Positions 8,620 to 18,457 of a DNA stretch of 40,310 nucleotides are shown piece by piece. The DNA lies in contig JANNVX010000007.1 in NCBI GenBank assembly GCA_031414595.1, forward strand, positions 1 through 40,310, read 5' to 3'. A program made the position numbers and the translations under genes. Origin of the DNA: Deinococcales bacterium. GTDB taxonomy: Bacteria; Deinococcota; Deinococci; Deinococcales; JAAFIG01. The stretch's first letter is position 1. Each line of letters opens with the position of its first letter. Below the pieces are notes generated by a model that made no database searches, was not told where the DNA came from, and saw only the letters and a program-made list of their open reading frames with translations.

Positions 8620-9684
8620 TGGTTTGGGCATGGCAACAAGTAAACTCAGGGCTAAACCCGATAAAGCGGTCATGGTCAGAATACCTGTCCAGAGTTCAGG
8701 GCTGATTCCTAATCCTCCTGTGATGTCTACTGCCATAAAATGTGTTCCCCAAATAACAAGTGGTGCGAGGGCTGAAAAAATCCTTAGCTCGAGCAGACGG
8801 GTCAGACTGGGTTTAAGGGTTTGAATCAGGCTATCTATGATTATTCCAGCCAGTGCTGCCAGATAAACTCGAGGCATGAGATTGTTGTCTACAATAATCA
8901 CCAGTACAAAAGTGCTGAGTCCGAGGACAATGCCGTATGTGCCAAATGGGGTGCGCCAACGTTGCAGAATAAACAAAATGGTAAACATGATGGCGGCATT
9001 GGTAAACAGAATTCCAGCGTCTATAAAACTATTTAAGGCGTAAAGCACGGCTGGGTTTTGACTTGGCACAAGGGCGCTGAGGTTTGGGCTGGAATCTGGC
9101 AAACTGATTAAACCCCAAATGTGCAGGTTCATCAGGCTGGAAAAGCAAAAACAGGAAAAAACAACAAACAGATTCGGTAAAAACTCGAGGAAACTTGGGG
9201 CGTATTGGCTGGCTGGATCGTGCCAAGCGGCGCGAAGTGGTGCGGTAATCAGCAGAATTGCGCCAATAAAAAGCAGAATATGGCTGGGACTGCGAAGTGC
9301 ATCTATGCCAATTTCGATACCAAAAGTGCTGTGCCAAATCAGGTCGCTAATGCCGCCAAAACCAAAAATAAATGCGCCAACTAAACCAAGTTCGTAACCG
9401 ATTGGAATGGCAGATAAACCTTGCCAACCTTGGCGTAAACGTCTGTAAACCATCCAGATTGTCCAGAGCGCAGCCGCCAAAAATCCCGAATAAAGAATCG
9501 CGTGCCACGGGGTAAAGAAGCTCTCCAAGGATTCAATAAGGTTGCCGTGGGCATAGCCATCTATTAAAAAACCAAAGATTAACCAAAGTCCAAAAAAAAC
9601 CGTGGTCAGGTTTTCTTTTTTTGAAGCTCGAGCTTGGGGTTTTGGGACGAGAACTGGATTTGAGTTTACTGGACTGGATGTCAT
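8599..9684 (-). CDS. Polytopic membrane protein of unknown function
   Basis: About 10 hydrophobic segments; DGYAH...FFTPWH and DLIWH...FGIE...SPSH motifs. Confidence 0.8.
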   Translation of the reverse strand: MTSSPVNSNPVLVPKPQARASKKENLTTVFFGLWLIFGFLIDGYAHGNLIESLESFFTPWHAILYSGFLAAALWTIWMVYRRLRQGWQGLSAIPIGYELGLVGAFIFGFGGISDLIWHSTFGIEIGIDALRSPSHILLFIGAILLITAPLRAAWHDPASQYAPSFLEFLPNLFVVFSCFCFSSLMNLHIWGLISLPDSSPNLSALVPSQNPAVLYALNSFIDAGILFTNAAIMFTILFILQRWRTPFGTYGIVLGLSTFVLVIIVDNNLMPRVYLAALAGIIIDSLIQTLKPSLTRLLELRIFSALAPLVIWGTHFMAVDITGGLGISPELWTGILTMTALSGLALSLLVAMPKPKNLLET

Positions 9685-9725
9685 GGCTCACCTCGAAAAA
9701 GACCAAAAGGAAGTATTTGTGTAAA

Positions 9726-9757
9726 TTTCAAACATTTGTTTGAAACATTAGTTTGAA
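9726..9757. promoter_or_regulatory. Candidate TetR operator in the divergent intergenic region
   Basis: TTTCAAACA-TT-TGTTTGAAA palindrome plus an overlapping degenerate copy; TTGACA on the minus strand at 9768-9773. Confidence 0.65.
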
Positions 9758-9820
9758 TTATTGTTTTTGTCAAGTCCCATAAAATCCCAGACTGCAAAGC
9801 GCTAAAATAAACAGTCAATC

Positions 9821-10405
9821 ATGGCAACCCCCAACGACAGCACCGCCCAAACCATTGTCCGAGCAGCCTTAGAATGCCTCGAGCAACACGGACTAGCTGG
9901 CATGACAGTACGAAAAATTGCTATGCACGCCAAAGTTAATGTGGCAGCCATCAATTATCACTTTGGTAGTAAAGAAAAACTGCTCGAGCAAGTCTTTGAC
10001 CTTGCCACCACCAGCGCCTTTGGCGACCTTGACCAATTTGTAAACGCCGAATCAGTCGAAGTTCTCGAGCAACAACTGTATCAATTTCTGCTGCATTACG
10101 CAGGTGGTTTAGCCCAATATCCCAATGTCTCGAAAGTGATGCTGCATCAACTGATGTCTTCTCCGCAAGGACAAAACATCGTTAAAAAAAGACTCGAGAC
10201 CTTCTTAGAAAAACTCAATCAACATTTTGCCAAGCTGTACCAAAGTCACCCCACGGATTTTGCAATTCGATTCAAAACCATGCAAGTGATGTCTGTATTT
10301 ATTGGTTTAGGCATGATTCCAAATACCTTTAGTGATGTCTTAGCCATAGATATTCAAGAACCAAAGAACCGAGAACAAATCGTTAGCACCTTCTTGCAAG
10401 CCTAA
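9821..10405 (+). CDS. TetR/AcrR-family transcriptional regulator
   Basis: GMTVRKIAMHAKVNVAAINYHFGSKEKL HTH. Confidence 0.93.
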   Translation: MATPNDSTAQTIVRAALECLEQHGLAGMTVRKIAMHAKVNVAAINYHFGSKEKLLEQVFDLATTSAFGDLDQFVNAESVEVLEQQLYQFLLHYAGGLAQYPNVSKVMLHQLMSSPQGQNIVKKRLETFLEKLNQHFAKLYQSHPTDFAIRFKTMQVMSVFIGLGMIPNTFSDVLAIDIQEPKNREQIVSTFLQA

Positions 10406-10461
10406 CGCCTTAACTACAAGAACAGGTATAATCTATCCATGCACCCAACGAAGGAAAACCC

Positions 10462-11070
10462 ATGAAATATCCAAACGCTCTGATTCAACTCATCCGCGAA
10501 CTGAGCCGTCTGCCCGGAGTTGGACCCAAAAGCGCTCAACGACTGGCTTTTCACCTTTTTGCTTCACCCAAAGAAGATGTTGAAATCCTTGCCCAAGCGC
10601 TCTTGGATGCCAAAGCCCAACTTAAACTCTGCCCCGTTTGTTTTAACATCACCGACAAAGAACTTTGTGCCGTCTGCGAAGACTCCAAGCGTGACCAGAA
10701 CACGATTTGTGTGGTTGAAGAACCCGGCGATGTGATTGCGATAGAACGCAGTGGCGAATTTGACGGGCTTTACCATGTGTTACACGGGGTTCTTAGCCCA
10801 ATGAATGGGGTTGGACCTGACCAGCTTAAAATTAAGTCCTTAATAGAGCGCACCAAGAAATTCCTCGAGAGTGGCGCACTCGAGATTATTCTTGCCACCA
10901 GCACCACCGTCGAAGGAGATGCCACCAGCCTGCATTTGCAACGCAACCTCGAGCCACTAGGCGCAAATGTGACCCGAATTGCTTACGGGTTGCCTGTGGG
11001 CGGCTCACTCGAGTATGCCGATGAAATTACGCTGGGCAGAGCCATTGCTGGACGACAAAAAGTGCGGTAA
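10462..11070 (+). CDS. recR: Recombination protein RecR
   Basis: LPGVGPKSAQRLAF HhH, C4 zinc finger, Toprim with YHVLHG and RIAYGLPVGGSLEYADE. Confidence 0.98.
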   Translation: MKYPNALIQLIRELSRLPGVGPKSAQRLAFHLFASPKEDVEILAQALLDAKAQLKLCPVCFNITDKELCAVCEDSKRDQNTICVVEEPGDVIAIERSGEFDGLYHVLHGVLSPMNGVGPDQLKIKSLIERTKKFLESGALEIILATSTTVEGDATSLHLQRNLEPLGANVTRIAYGLPVGGSLEYADEITLGRAIAGRQKVR

Positions 11071-11107
11071 AACCAACAGTTCTCAAGTCGAGCCGTTATA
11101 ATCCGTT

Positions 11108-12232
11108 GTGATTCCTTTCCTTCAAGAAATTCTGCGCCTAGAAAGCCGTACTTACGCCGAAGCTGCTTTAGCGGCTCGAGTGGTGCAAGAAATGAAGTCG
11201 CAAAATTTTGATGCCGCTTGGATTGACCAGACTGGCAATGCCCTTGGATTGGTGCGTGGGCGTGAACTTGGCACGGCAACCATGCTTTTAACCCATTTGG
11301 ATCATATTGATGTAGGTGACACGGCGCTTTGGGAACATCCGCCTTTTGCTGGGGTTCTTGAGGCTGGCGTGCTGCATGGACGTGGTGCAGTGGATATTAA
11401 GGGTCCGCTGGCTGCCCAACTTTTTGCCTTGGCAGGGCTAATCAAAACTGGTTTACGCCCTAGATGCGATGTGATTATGGCTGTGCCTGTCGAAGAGGAA
11501 ATCGGTGGGTGTGGCATGGCAGAACTCGTGGCAAAGCTCCCGCTCGAGACTCCACTCGGGTTACTCGAGATTGGGTCATGTGTGGTCGGTGAACCCAGTG
11601 GTAATAAAATCATGCTTGGGCATCGTGGGGTTTGCCGCTGTACCCTGCGTTTTCATGGTCGGGCGCATCATGCCAGCCTTGGCTTACACACAGAGAATCC
11701 GCATTTTGCCTATGCTGTTTTTCTTGAACGCCTAAAACAAGTGCAGTTACCAGGTCACCCAATTCTTGGGGTCTCGAGTATTTCACCAACCACGATTCAT
11801 GCCGATACCAGCAGCAATAATCTGACCCCAAACACCATTACTTTAACCCTTGATTGGCGTACCACCTTAGAGACTGGCACAGATGTACGGCATATTCTCG
11901 AGCAATTAATAATTGGCTTACCCGCCAGTTTTGTTTCGTATGATGATTGGACAAGTGGCACAGATGGGGTTAAAAATCCCGGTTTTATCACCGAGCCAAA
12001 TCATCCGCTCGTCACAGCCTTGCAGCGTGTCAGAGATGATCTTCTTGGTGAATCAAAGTCTGGAATTTGGCAATTTGCCACCGATGGACGTTGGGCGCAT
12101 AAAATAGGGATTGCTTGTGTTGGCTTTGGACCGGGCGAGGAAAACTTGGCACATACGACCTTAGAGCAAATCACGGTGCAGCAACTCGAGGATCATGTGA
12201 AGGTCTTGCAAAAATTCTTGCTCGAGTTCTAA
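11108..12232 (+). CDS. M20/ArgE-DapE-family metallo-hydrolase
   Basis: THLDH, GRGAVDIKG, EEE, VGEPS, GFGPG...AH motifs. Confidence 0.9.
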   Translation: MIPFLQEILRLESRTYAEAALAARVVQEMKSQNFDAAWIDQTGNALGLVRGRELGTATMLLTHLDHIDVGDTALWEHPPFAGVLEAGVLHGRGAVDIKGPLAAQLFALAGLIKTGLRPRCDVIMAVPVEEEIGGCGMAELVAKLPLETPLGLLEIGSCVVGEPSGNKIMLGHRGVCRCTLRFHGRAHHASLGLHTENPHFAYAVFLERLKQVQLPGHPILGVSSISPTTIHADTSSNNLTPNTITLTLDWRTTLETGTDVRHILEQLIIGLPASFVSYDDWTSGTDGVKNPGFITEPNHPLVTALQRVRDDLLGESKSGIWQFATDGRWAHKIGIACVGFGPGEENLAHTTLEQITVQQLEDHVKVLQKFLLEF

Positions 12233-12234
12233 TC

Positions 12235-12669
12235 ATGGATAAGCTCATCTTGCTTGGGAATTTAGTGATTGGTGCGTATTTGACGGGTTTAATTTGGACA
12301 ATTCAAATAGTTCATTATCCGCTTTTTAAGTTCGCCGACAAAGCAAATTTTGTGGCATTTGAAAGCGAACATGGTTTGCGTGTCTCGAGTATTGTGCTTG
12401 TGCCAATGCTTTTGGAATTGGCATTGACTGTGGTTTTTCTTGGTTCAAAATTAGTGCCAGTCTGGTATCCTTGGCTTTGTGCAGCTTTGGTAGCGATTAT
12501 TTGGCTCAGTACCTTTTTTTTGCAAGTCCCACAACACAGTATTTTAGCCAGTGGTTTTGACCCAAAAGCCATTGCAATACTGGTCTCGAGTAACTGGATT
12601 CGCACCATTGCTTGGACCATCAAGACGCTTTTACTAGCGTGGTTGACGTACCAGCAAATAATTGTATAG
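12235..12669 (+). CDS. Small four-TM membrane protein
   Basis: Start reassigned to ATG 12235 right after the upstream stop; GLIWTIQIVHYPLF, QVPQH and NWIRT motifs of a conserved hypothetical family. Confidence 0.8.
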   Translation: MDKLILLGNLVIGAYLTGLIWTIQIVHYPLFKFADKANFVAFESEHGLRVSSIVLVPMLLELALTVVFLGSKLVPVWYPWLCAALVAIIWLSTFFLQVPQHSILASGFDPKAIAILVSSNWIRTIAWTIKTLLLAWLTYQQIIV

Positions 12670-12713
12670 CCACTCACATGGTTTTAGTTAATTGATGTGT
12701 ATAGAATAGTGTC

Positions 12714-14180
12714 ATGCGCGAGATTCATGTTTCTAGTGGTGGTCATGACTTTCCTTTTTCTAAGGGCTTGGTGGTCGAATCGCTCTTAAATGCTGATATT
12801 GCCCGCGAATCGGCAATGGTGATTGCCCGCCGAGTCGAGCAGCGCCTAGTAGACCAACGAACCAAAATGATTGACCCGCAACACCTCAAAGAAATAATCT
12901 TAGACGAAACCAAAGATGTCTTGGGAATTGCGGCGGCGCAAAAACTCGAGCGTCAAACCACGGCTTTTGAAGATGTGATTGTGCGTGATGGAGAAAGAAG
13001 TATTCCATTTTCTAAAGGCTTATTATCGAGGTCTTTGGAACTGGCTGGAATCCCAATCAAAGATGCTTTTGGTTTTGCCAAAGACTTAGAAAAACAATTG
13101 CGGGTCCAGGGTATCTCGGAAATCTCGAGGGCGAGTTTAGAAAACATTACCTTAGAGGAGTTAGAGCGGGTTTACGGTGAAGACCGCAAAGATGCCTATG
13201 TCGAGCGTTACCAACGCGCCACCCAAGTGATGGTTTTAGAGGACGACGATGGGGTGTCGTTTCCGTTTTCCAAAGGAATTCTGGCACAGAGTTTAATGGC
13301 AACGGGCTTAAACCCCGCCCTTGCCCATCAGATTGCCCGTGAAATCGAACTGCATTTACTCGAGGAAAACGAACTGGTGGTTACTCGAGACCGTCTGCGT
13401 TTAATTGTGATTGCTGCCCTGACTTCCGAAGCTGGCGAAGAAGTAGCACGGCGTTACACGATGCTGCGCTCAATTCGTCGCCCAGAAAAACCGATTCTGA
13501 TTCTGATTGGTGGTGTGACCGGCACAGGTAAGAGCTTACTGGCTGCCGAAATCGGCTACCGCTTAGGGATTACCCGCGTCGAATCCTCGGATTCAATTCG
13601 CCAAGTGATGCGAGCCATGATTAGTAAAGAACTGCTGCCAGCCCTGCACTCGAGTACCTTCGATGCTTGGACTGCGACCCTTGAACCAATCGAAGAAGCC
13701 CGTTTTAAGCGTGGTGGCGGACGGCAACATGTCAAACCGACAAGGGAACAACTGCTGAACGGATTTCGTGACCAAGTAAAACAAGTCTCGGTCGGGGTTC
13801 GCGCCATCATCGAACGTGCCAGCAAAGAACACACCAGCATGATTATCGAAGGGGCGCATATTGTCCCCGGGTACTTGCCCGTGGATTTATTTGAAAATGC
13901 GATTGTTGTACCGTTGGTCGTGGCGATTAGCTCGGCGGATACACACCGTCAGCGTTTTTACTCGAGGGATGCCGAAACTAACAAGCACCGCCCGATGCAG
14001 CGTTACTTAGAGCATTTTGAAGACATTCGCAACCTCCAAGAGTACGTCGAACGTCTGGCTCGAGCCGTTGGTGTGCCGGTCATAGATGGCGAGAGTTTTG
14101 ACGCTGCCATCGAAGGTGCAATTGAAGTCGTGGCACAACGGGTCATGACCCTACAAAACCGCAAGGCTGTCGTGGTCTAA
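12714..14180 (+). CDS. ATP-cone-containing 2-phosphoglycerate kinase-like protein
   Basis: Three PFSKG ATP-cone repeats, GGVTGTGKS P-loop, SDSIRQVMR, IEGAH. Confidence 0.88.
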   Translation: MREIHVSSGGHDFPFSKGLVVESLLNADIARESAMVIARRVEQRLVDQRTKMIDPQHLKEIILDETKDVLGIAAAQKLERQTTAFEDVIVRDGERSIPFSKGLLSRSLELAGIPIKDAFGFAKDLEKQLRVQGISEISRASLENITLEELERVYGEDRKDAYVERYQRATQVMVLEDDDGVSFPFSKGILAQSLMATGLNPALAHQIAREIELHLLEENELVVTRDRLRLIVIAALTSEAGEEVARRYTMLRSIRRPEKPILILIGGVTGTGKSLLAAEIGYRLGITRVESSDSIRQVMRAMISKELLPALHSSTFDAWTATLEPIEEARFKRGGGRQHVKPTREQLLNGFRDQVKQVSVGVRAIIERASKEHTSMIIEGAHIVPGYLPVDLFENAIVVPLVVAISSADTHRQRFYSRDAETNKHRPMQRYLEHFEDIRNLQEYVERLARAVGVPVIDGESFDAAIEGAIEVVAQRVMTLQNRKAVVV

Positions 14181-14181
14181 A

Positions 14182-14760
14182 GTGCGGTTAGAAGGTATTC
14201 TCGAGATTTCAGGGGCAACTCACCGCCATATCTGTCCGCGCCAAGTGCTGGGCGCTCGGATGGGGTTACTGGCTGGACAAACCCTTGGTCTCGAGTTACC
14301 GCGCTCCGATAAGCGTTTATTGGTACTTATCGAGACCGATGGTTGTTTTGCCGATGGTGTTTCGGTGGCAACGGGTGCTTGGTTGGGGCGGCGCACAATG
14401 CGTTTAATGGATTATGGCAAGGTTGCAGCCACTTTTATAGACACGCACTCGAGTCTGGCTGTTCGGATTGCTCCACACGCCCAAGCTAGGGCGAATGCCA
14501 AGGCTTTATTTCCGCACCTGAGCAAGTGGAGTGCTTATCTTGAAGGGTACAAAGTTCTGCCCGATGCCGAGTTACTGGTACTTCAAAGCGTAGAACTGAC
14601 TTTTTCACTCGAGCAACTTATTTCACACGCGGGCGCTCGGGTGAGTTGTTCGGCATGTCATGAAGAAATTCTTAATGGGCGCGAAGTGCTGCACCAAGGC
14701 AAAGTGTTGTGTCAATCCTGCGCTGGCGATTCGTACTGGACCGGCAACAAGCCACTGTAA
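14182..14760 (+). CDS. FmdE-family protein with C-terminal zinc finger
   Basis: HRHICPRQVLGARMG, ETDGCFADG, CSACHE...CQSC. Confidence 0.88.
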   Translation: MRLEGILEISGATHRHICPRQVLGARMGLLAGQTLGLELPRSDKRLLVLIETDGCFADGVSVATGAWLGRRTMRLMDYGKVAATFIDTHSSLAVRIAPHAQARANAKALFPHLSKWSAYLEGYKVLPDAELLVLQSVELTFSLEQLISHAGARVSCSACHEEILNGREVLHQGKVLCQSCAGDSYWTGNKPL

Positions 14761-15287
14761 ATCTGCTCGAGTTGCAAAGTGGTCTCGAGACATGGAATAT
14801 CAATTTCACCTGTATTATTAAAGGTTTCAACTTCCCATTTATCGCCATTACGTTTGTACAGCACCGCAAAAGCTGAGTTTTGCGAAAGTATTAAGTACCG
14901 TGTCAGACTAGCAATACTTTTGTACTCATCGAGTTTAATCCCAAAATCCGTGTCATAGGTGGTGTGCGACAAAACTTCGAGTACAAAACAAGGATTCTCG
15001 AGGTAATACTCATTGTCACCCGGAGCGCAAGAAACCACCACATCTGGGTAACGGTACTTTGTGCCTAGCGTCTGGACTTTTACATTCTCAAAAGCAATTT
15101 CGCATTGCAAAGCAGCAACTCGCTCGAGTAGGAAAGCATAAACTCGTCCTGCTATTTTGTTATGCCGACGTTTTTCCCCCGCCATCGCAATCAGCCGACC
15201 ATCCACAAATTCATGGCGAGTCAGACTGGTTTTTTCAAACTCGAGGTACTGCTGTTCGGTCATGGTTTGTTCAAGTAAGGCAGTCAT
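14712..15287 (-). CDS. Uma2-family (DUF820) endonuclease-like protein
   Basis: RHEFVDG, YPDVVV, EVLS, KLDEY motifs; start reassigned to ATG 15287 (TACAAT-N7-ATG). Confidence 0.9.
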   Translation of the reverse strand: MTALLEQTMTEQQYLEFEKTSLTRHEFVDGRLIAMAGEKRRHNKIAGRVYAFLLERVAALQCEIAFENVKVQTLGTKYRYPDVVVSCAPGDNEYYLENPCFVLEVLSHTTYDTDFGIKLDEYKSIASLTRYLILSQNSAFAVLYKRNGDKWEVETFNNTGEIDIPCLETTLQLEQIYSGLLPVQYESPAQD

Positions 15288-15309
15288 ACCGAAAATTGTA
15301 CACGATTTT

Positions 15310-15897
15310 CTACAAACTACCCTTGGTGCTGGGCATCTGGTCATGGGTGACTCGAGTGGCTTGGTACACGGCTCGAGCCAAGGCTTTGACAACCGCTTCA
15401 ATCACATGATGGGCTTCTTTGCCGCTTAAAACCCGAACATGAACCGTGGCTTGGGCATGGTTGCAAAAACCACGCAAGAATTCACGCAAATGATAAATGT
15501 TAAAGCCGCCAGCCTCGCCAATAATCTGTAGTTCTTCGGGGCGAAACTCGAGGTGAGCGCGTCCAGAAAAATCAATGACCACATGTGCAAGCGTTTCATC
15601 CATTGGCACAAAAGCACTCCCATACCGCTCGAGACCAGTCTTATTCTCGAGTGCCTTAGCAAATGCCATACCAAGGCTAATGCCACAATCTTCGATTAAA
15701 TGGTGCGTGTCTACATGCAAGTCGCCCGTAGCGGTTACAGTCAAACCAACTCGAGCATGGCGTTTGAATGCGTCTAACATGTGGTTTAAGAATCCCAGCC
15801 CTGTTTCTAAATTCCCCTCGAGTGGCGCATCCAAGTCAAGGCTTAAACGAATTTGGGTTTCTGAGGTCTTGCGTTCAATTGTGGCTTGTCGGGTCAT
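15310..15897 (-). CDS. hisB: Imidazoleglycerol-phosphate dehydratase
   Basis: RKTSETQI, GFLNHML, DTHHLIED, PMDE, HHVIEA; start at ATG 15897 (TACAAT-N6-ATG). Confidence 0.97.
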   Translation of the reverse strand: MTRQATIERKTSETQIRLSLDLDAPLEGNLETGLGFLNHMLDAFKRHARVGLTVTATGDLHVDTHHLIEDCGISLGMAFAKALENKTGLERYGSAFVPMDETLAHVVIDFSGRAHLEFRPEELQIIGEAGGFNIYHLREFLRGFCNHAQATVHVRVLSGKEAHHVIEAVVKALARAVYQATRVTHDQMPSTKGSL

Positions 15898-15924
15898 GGG
15901 TTTATTGTAACTCGAGACCAGAAG

Positions 15925-15961
15925 ACAAAATAAAGATGACAGGCATTTAATGCCTGTCATC
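15925..15961 (-). terminator. Rho-independent terminator after the E2 gene
   Basis: GATGACAGGCAT-N3-ATGCCTGTCATC stem followed by TTTATTTT on the minus strand. Confidence 0.8.
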
Positions 15962-15972
15962 CATTAAGTGGG

Positions 15973-17379
15973 TTAAATTGCTTCTAGTAAAAGTAAATCT
16001 GGATTCTCGAGCAAGCGCGTAACTTGTTTTAAGAACCTCGCAGCCTCTGCACCATCTATTAAGCGGTGGTCAAACGAAAGGCTTAAGTACATCATTTTGC
16101 CAATCACAATCTGACCATCTTTAACAATTGGGCGGTCTACGATGGTGTGAACCCCGAGAATGGCTGCATCTGGAGCGTTGATAATCGGGAAAGACAACAA
16201 ACTCCCAGCACTGCCAATGTTTGTAACTGCAAAACTCGAGCCACTGATTTCATCTGGGGTTAGTTTGCCCTCTCGGGCTTTTCCAGCCAAATCAGTGATA
16301 CTCTTGGCAATCTCTAAAATGCTTTTGCTGTCCACGTTTTTAACCACGGGGACGATTAAACCCGCTTCGGTGTCTACGGCACAGCCAAGGTTAAAGTATT
16401 GCTTATGCACCACTTCGCCACTGGCTTCGTCGTAACTGCTATTGACATTTGGGAAGGCTTTTAGAGCGCTGGCAACCGCCTTAAAAATAAATGGCAAGTA
16501 AGTAATTTTTACGCCCGCTTTTTCGGCAGTTGGTTTGAGGCGTTCACGTAAATCCACCAAGGCAGTCAAATTGGCTTCATCTACGGTGAGGGTACGAACC
16601 GTGTACAAATGACTGGCAATCATCGCGTTGCTAATCACGCGGCGCATTCCACGAAGCGGCGTGCGGGTCTCGAGATGCTCTAAACCCTTTGGGGTGCGGT
16701 ATTGCGGTGGGGGAACGGTCATACCGCCACCACTGGCAGCCACGACTGGCGCAGTCACCACGACAGGCGCGACACTCGGCACAAGGCTTGTACCACTGTA
16801 GGTACTGGCACTGGCGGCTTCGACATAATCTTTGACATCTTCGACCCCAACCCGTCCATTTGGACCACTGCCGGGGATTTCCATGATGTCTATTCCAGCT
16901 TCCCTTGCCAATTTACGAGCGGCTGGAACAGCCAAGGGGCGACCAAATTTGTTGACTCCGGCTGTTTTGACGGGGCTGCTCGAGGTGGCTTTGGCGGTGT
17001 TACCAAAACTTAGGGCGACAGCTTTGGTTGGCATTCCGTAACTGCTGTTGGTGGCACTTTCGGTAGCGCTCTGAGAATCATCGCCAAGTTTGACTGTATT
17101 GCTGGCAGCAACGGGGGCTGGGGCAGACACAGCCGCACTCGAGCCATCACCAATAATCGCAATGACTTTTTTGACCTCAACCACAGCGCCTTCTTTAGCC
17201 ACAATCTTCTCGAGAATTCCCGAGTACGGCGCGGGGATTTCGGTGGTGACTTTATCGGTCATCACTTCGGCAATCATTTGTCCTTCGGTGACAGTATCGC
17301 CTTCTTTAACCATCCATTTGAGGATTTCGGCTTCAACAATGGATTCTGCCATGACTGGCATCAGCATTTCTTTTGACAT
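15973..17379 (-). CDS. 2-oxoacid dehydrogenase E2 (dihydrolipoamide acyltransferase)
   Basis: Lipoyl domain EVMTDKVT, E3-binding PAARKLARE...GSGPNGRV, catalytic FDHRLIDG. Confidence 0.96.
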   Translation of the reverse strand: MSKEMLMPVMAESIVEAEILKWMVKEGDTVTEGQMIAEVMTDKVTTEIPAPYSGILEKIVAKEGAVVEVKKVIAIIGDGSSAAVSAPAPVAASNTVKLGDDSQSATESATNSSYGMPTKAVALSFGNTAKATSSSPVKTAGVNKFGRPLAVPAARKLAREAGIDIMEIPGSGPNGRVGVEDVKDYVEAASASTYSGTSLVPSVAPVVVTAPVVAASGGGMTVPPPQYRTPKGLEHLETRTPLRGMRRVISNAMIASHLYTVRTLTVDEANLTALVDLRERLKPTAEKAGVKITYLPFIFKAVASALKAFPNVNSSYDEASGEVVHKQYFNLGCAVDTEAGLIVPVVKNVDSKSILEIAKSITDLAGKAREGKLTPDEISGSSFAVTNIGSAGSLLSFPIINAPDAAILGVHTIVDRPIVKDGQIVIGKMMYLSLSFDHRLIDGAEAARFLKQVTRLLENPDLLLLEAI

Positions 17380-17458
17380 GGGGTTCTCCTCGTACCTTCT
17401 AGCTTCCAGCTTCTAGCTTAAATCAAAAGAGCTAGTGGCTAATAGCTAGAAGCTGTTC

Positions 17459-18457
17459 TTAGGCGCTTAACACTTTTTTAATAGCGGCGGCAATATGGTG
17501 CGCTTCTGGTCTCGAGAGGTGATTGAGGCTGTTAAATGGGCTTGGCATGGTGTCAAAGCCGCATACCCGTTCGATGGGGGCTTCAAGTTCGTAGAAGGCT
17601 TTTTCGATGATTTGGGTTGCGATTTCTGCACCTACACCGGCTGTTTTGGAGGCTTCATGAACAATGATTACTCGCCCAGTTTTACTGACACTCTCGAGGA
17701 TGGTTTCGATGTCTAGTGGCACAATGGTTCTTAAGTCAATCACTTCGCATTCAATACCAGCACTGGCAGCAGCTTCGGCAGCCGTTTCGATGTTTTGCAT
17801 CATGCCGCCGTACCCAATGATTGTTATGTCTTTGCCTTGGCGGGCAATTCGGGCTTTACCAAGTGGGATATTGTAATAACCCGTCGGTACGTCCATGCGA
17901 ATTTTCGGGTCGCGGTAACGGACTATCGTTTCAAAGAAAAATACAGGGTCATCATCTTCGATGGCACTGATTAACAAGCCCTTGGCATCATAGGGGTTAC
18001 TTGGGTAAGCGATTTTAATTCCGGGTAAATGGGCAAGGTGGGCTTCGGGCGAATCGGCGTGTTGCTCGAGTAAGCCAGTACCACCACCAACAGGAAAACG
18101 CACTACCATCGGCACATTGTAGCGCCCTCGGCTGCGGTAACGGTAACGCGAAACATGGCTAAAAATCTGGTCAAAGGCGGGCATCATAAAGCCACCAAAT
18201 TGCAGTTCTACAACTGGACGCATTCCAACTGCGCCAGCCCCAATCGCTGTGCCAATAATCCCAGATTCGGTCAGTGGGCTATCAAAAACACGGTCTTCGC
18301 CATGCTTTTTTTGTAAACCTGTGGTAATGCGGTAGACACCACCAAGGTTGCCAACATCTTCGCCGTAAATAATAACCTTTGGGTCTCGCTCGAGCATAAT
18401 GTCCATCGCATCGGTGATGGCGGCTGCCATGGTCATTTGTTTGGTTTCTTGGCTCAT
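17459..18457 (-). CDS. 2-oxoacid dehydrogenase E1 beta subunit (pyruvate or branched-chain)
   Basis: GEDVG...GGVYR, DSPLTESGIIG, EVIDLRTIVPLD. Confidence 0.96.
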   Translation of the reverse strand: MSQETKQMTMAAAITDAMDIMLERDPKVIIYGEDVGNLGGVYRITTGLQKKHGEDRVFDSPLTESGIIGTAIGAGAVGMRPVVELQFGGFMMPAFDQIFSHVSRYRYRSRGRYNVPMVVRFPVGGGTGLLEQHADSPEAHLAHLPGIKIAYPSNPYDAKGLLISAIEDDDPVFFFETIVRYRDPKIRMDVPTGYYNIPLGKARIARQGKDITIIGYGGMMQNIETAAEAAASAGIECEVIDLRTIVPLDIETILESVSKTGRVIIVHEASKTAGVGAEIATQIIEKAFYELEAPIERVCGFDTMPSPFNSLNHLSRPEAHHIAAAIKKVLSA

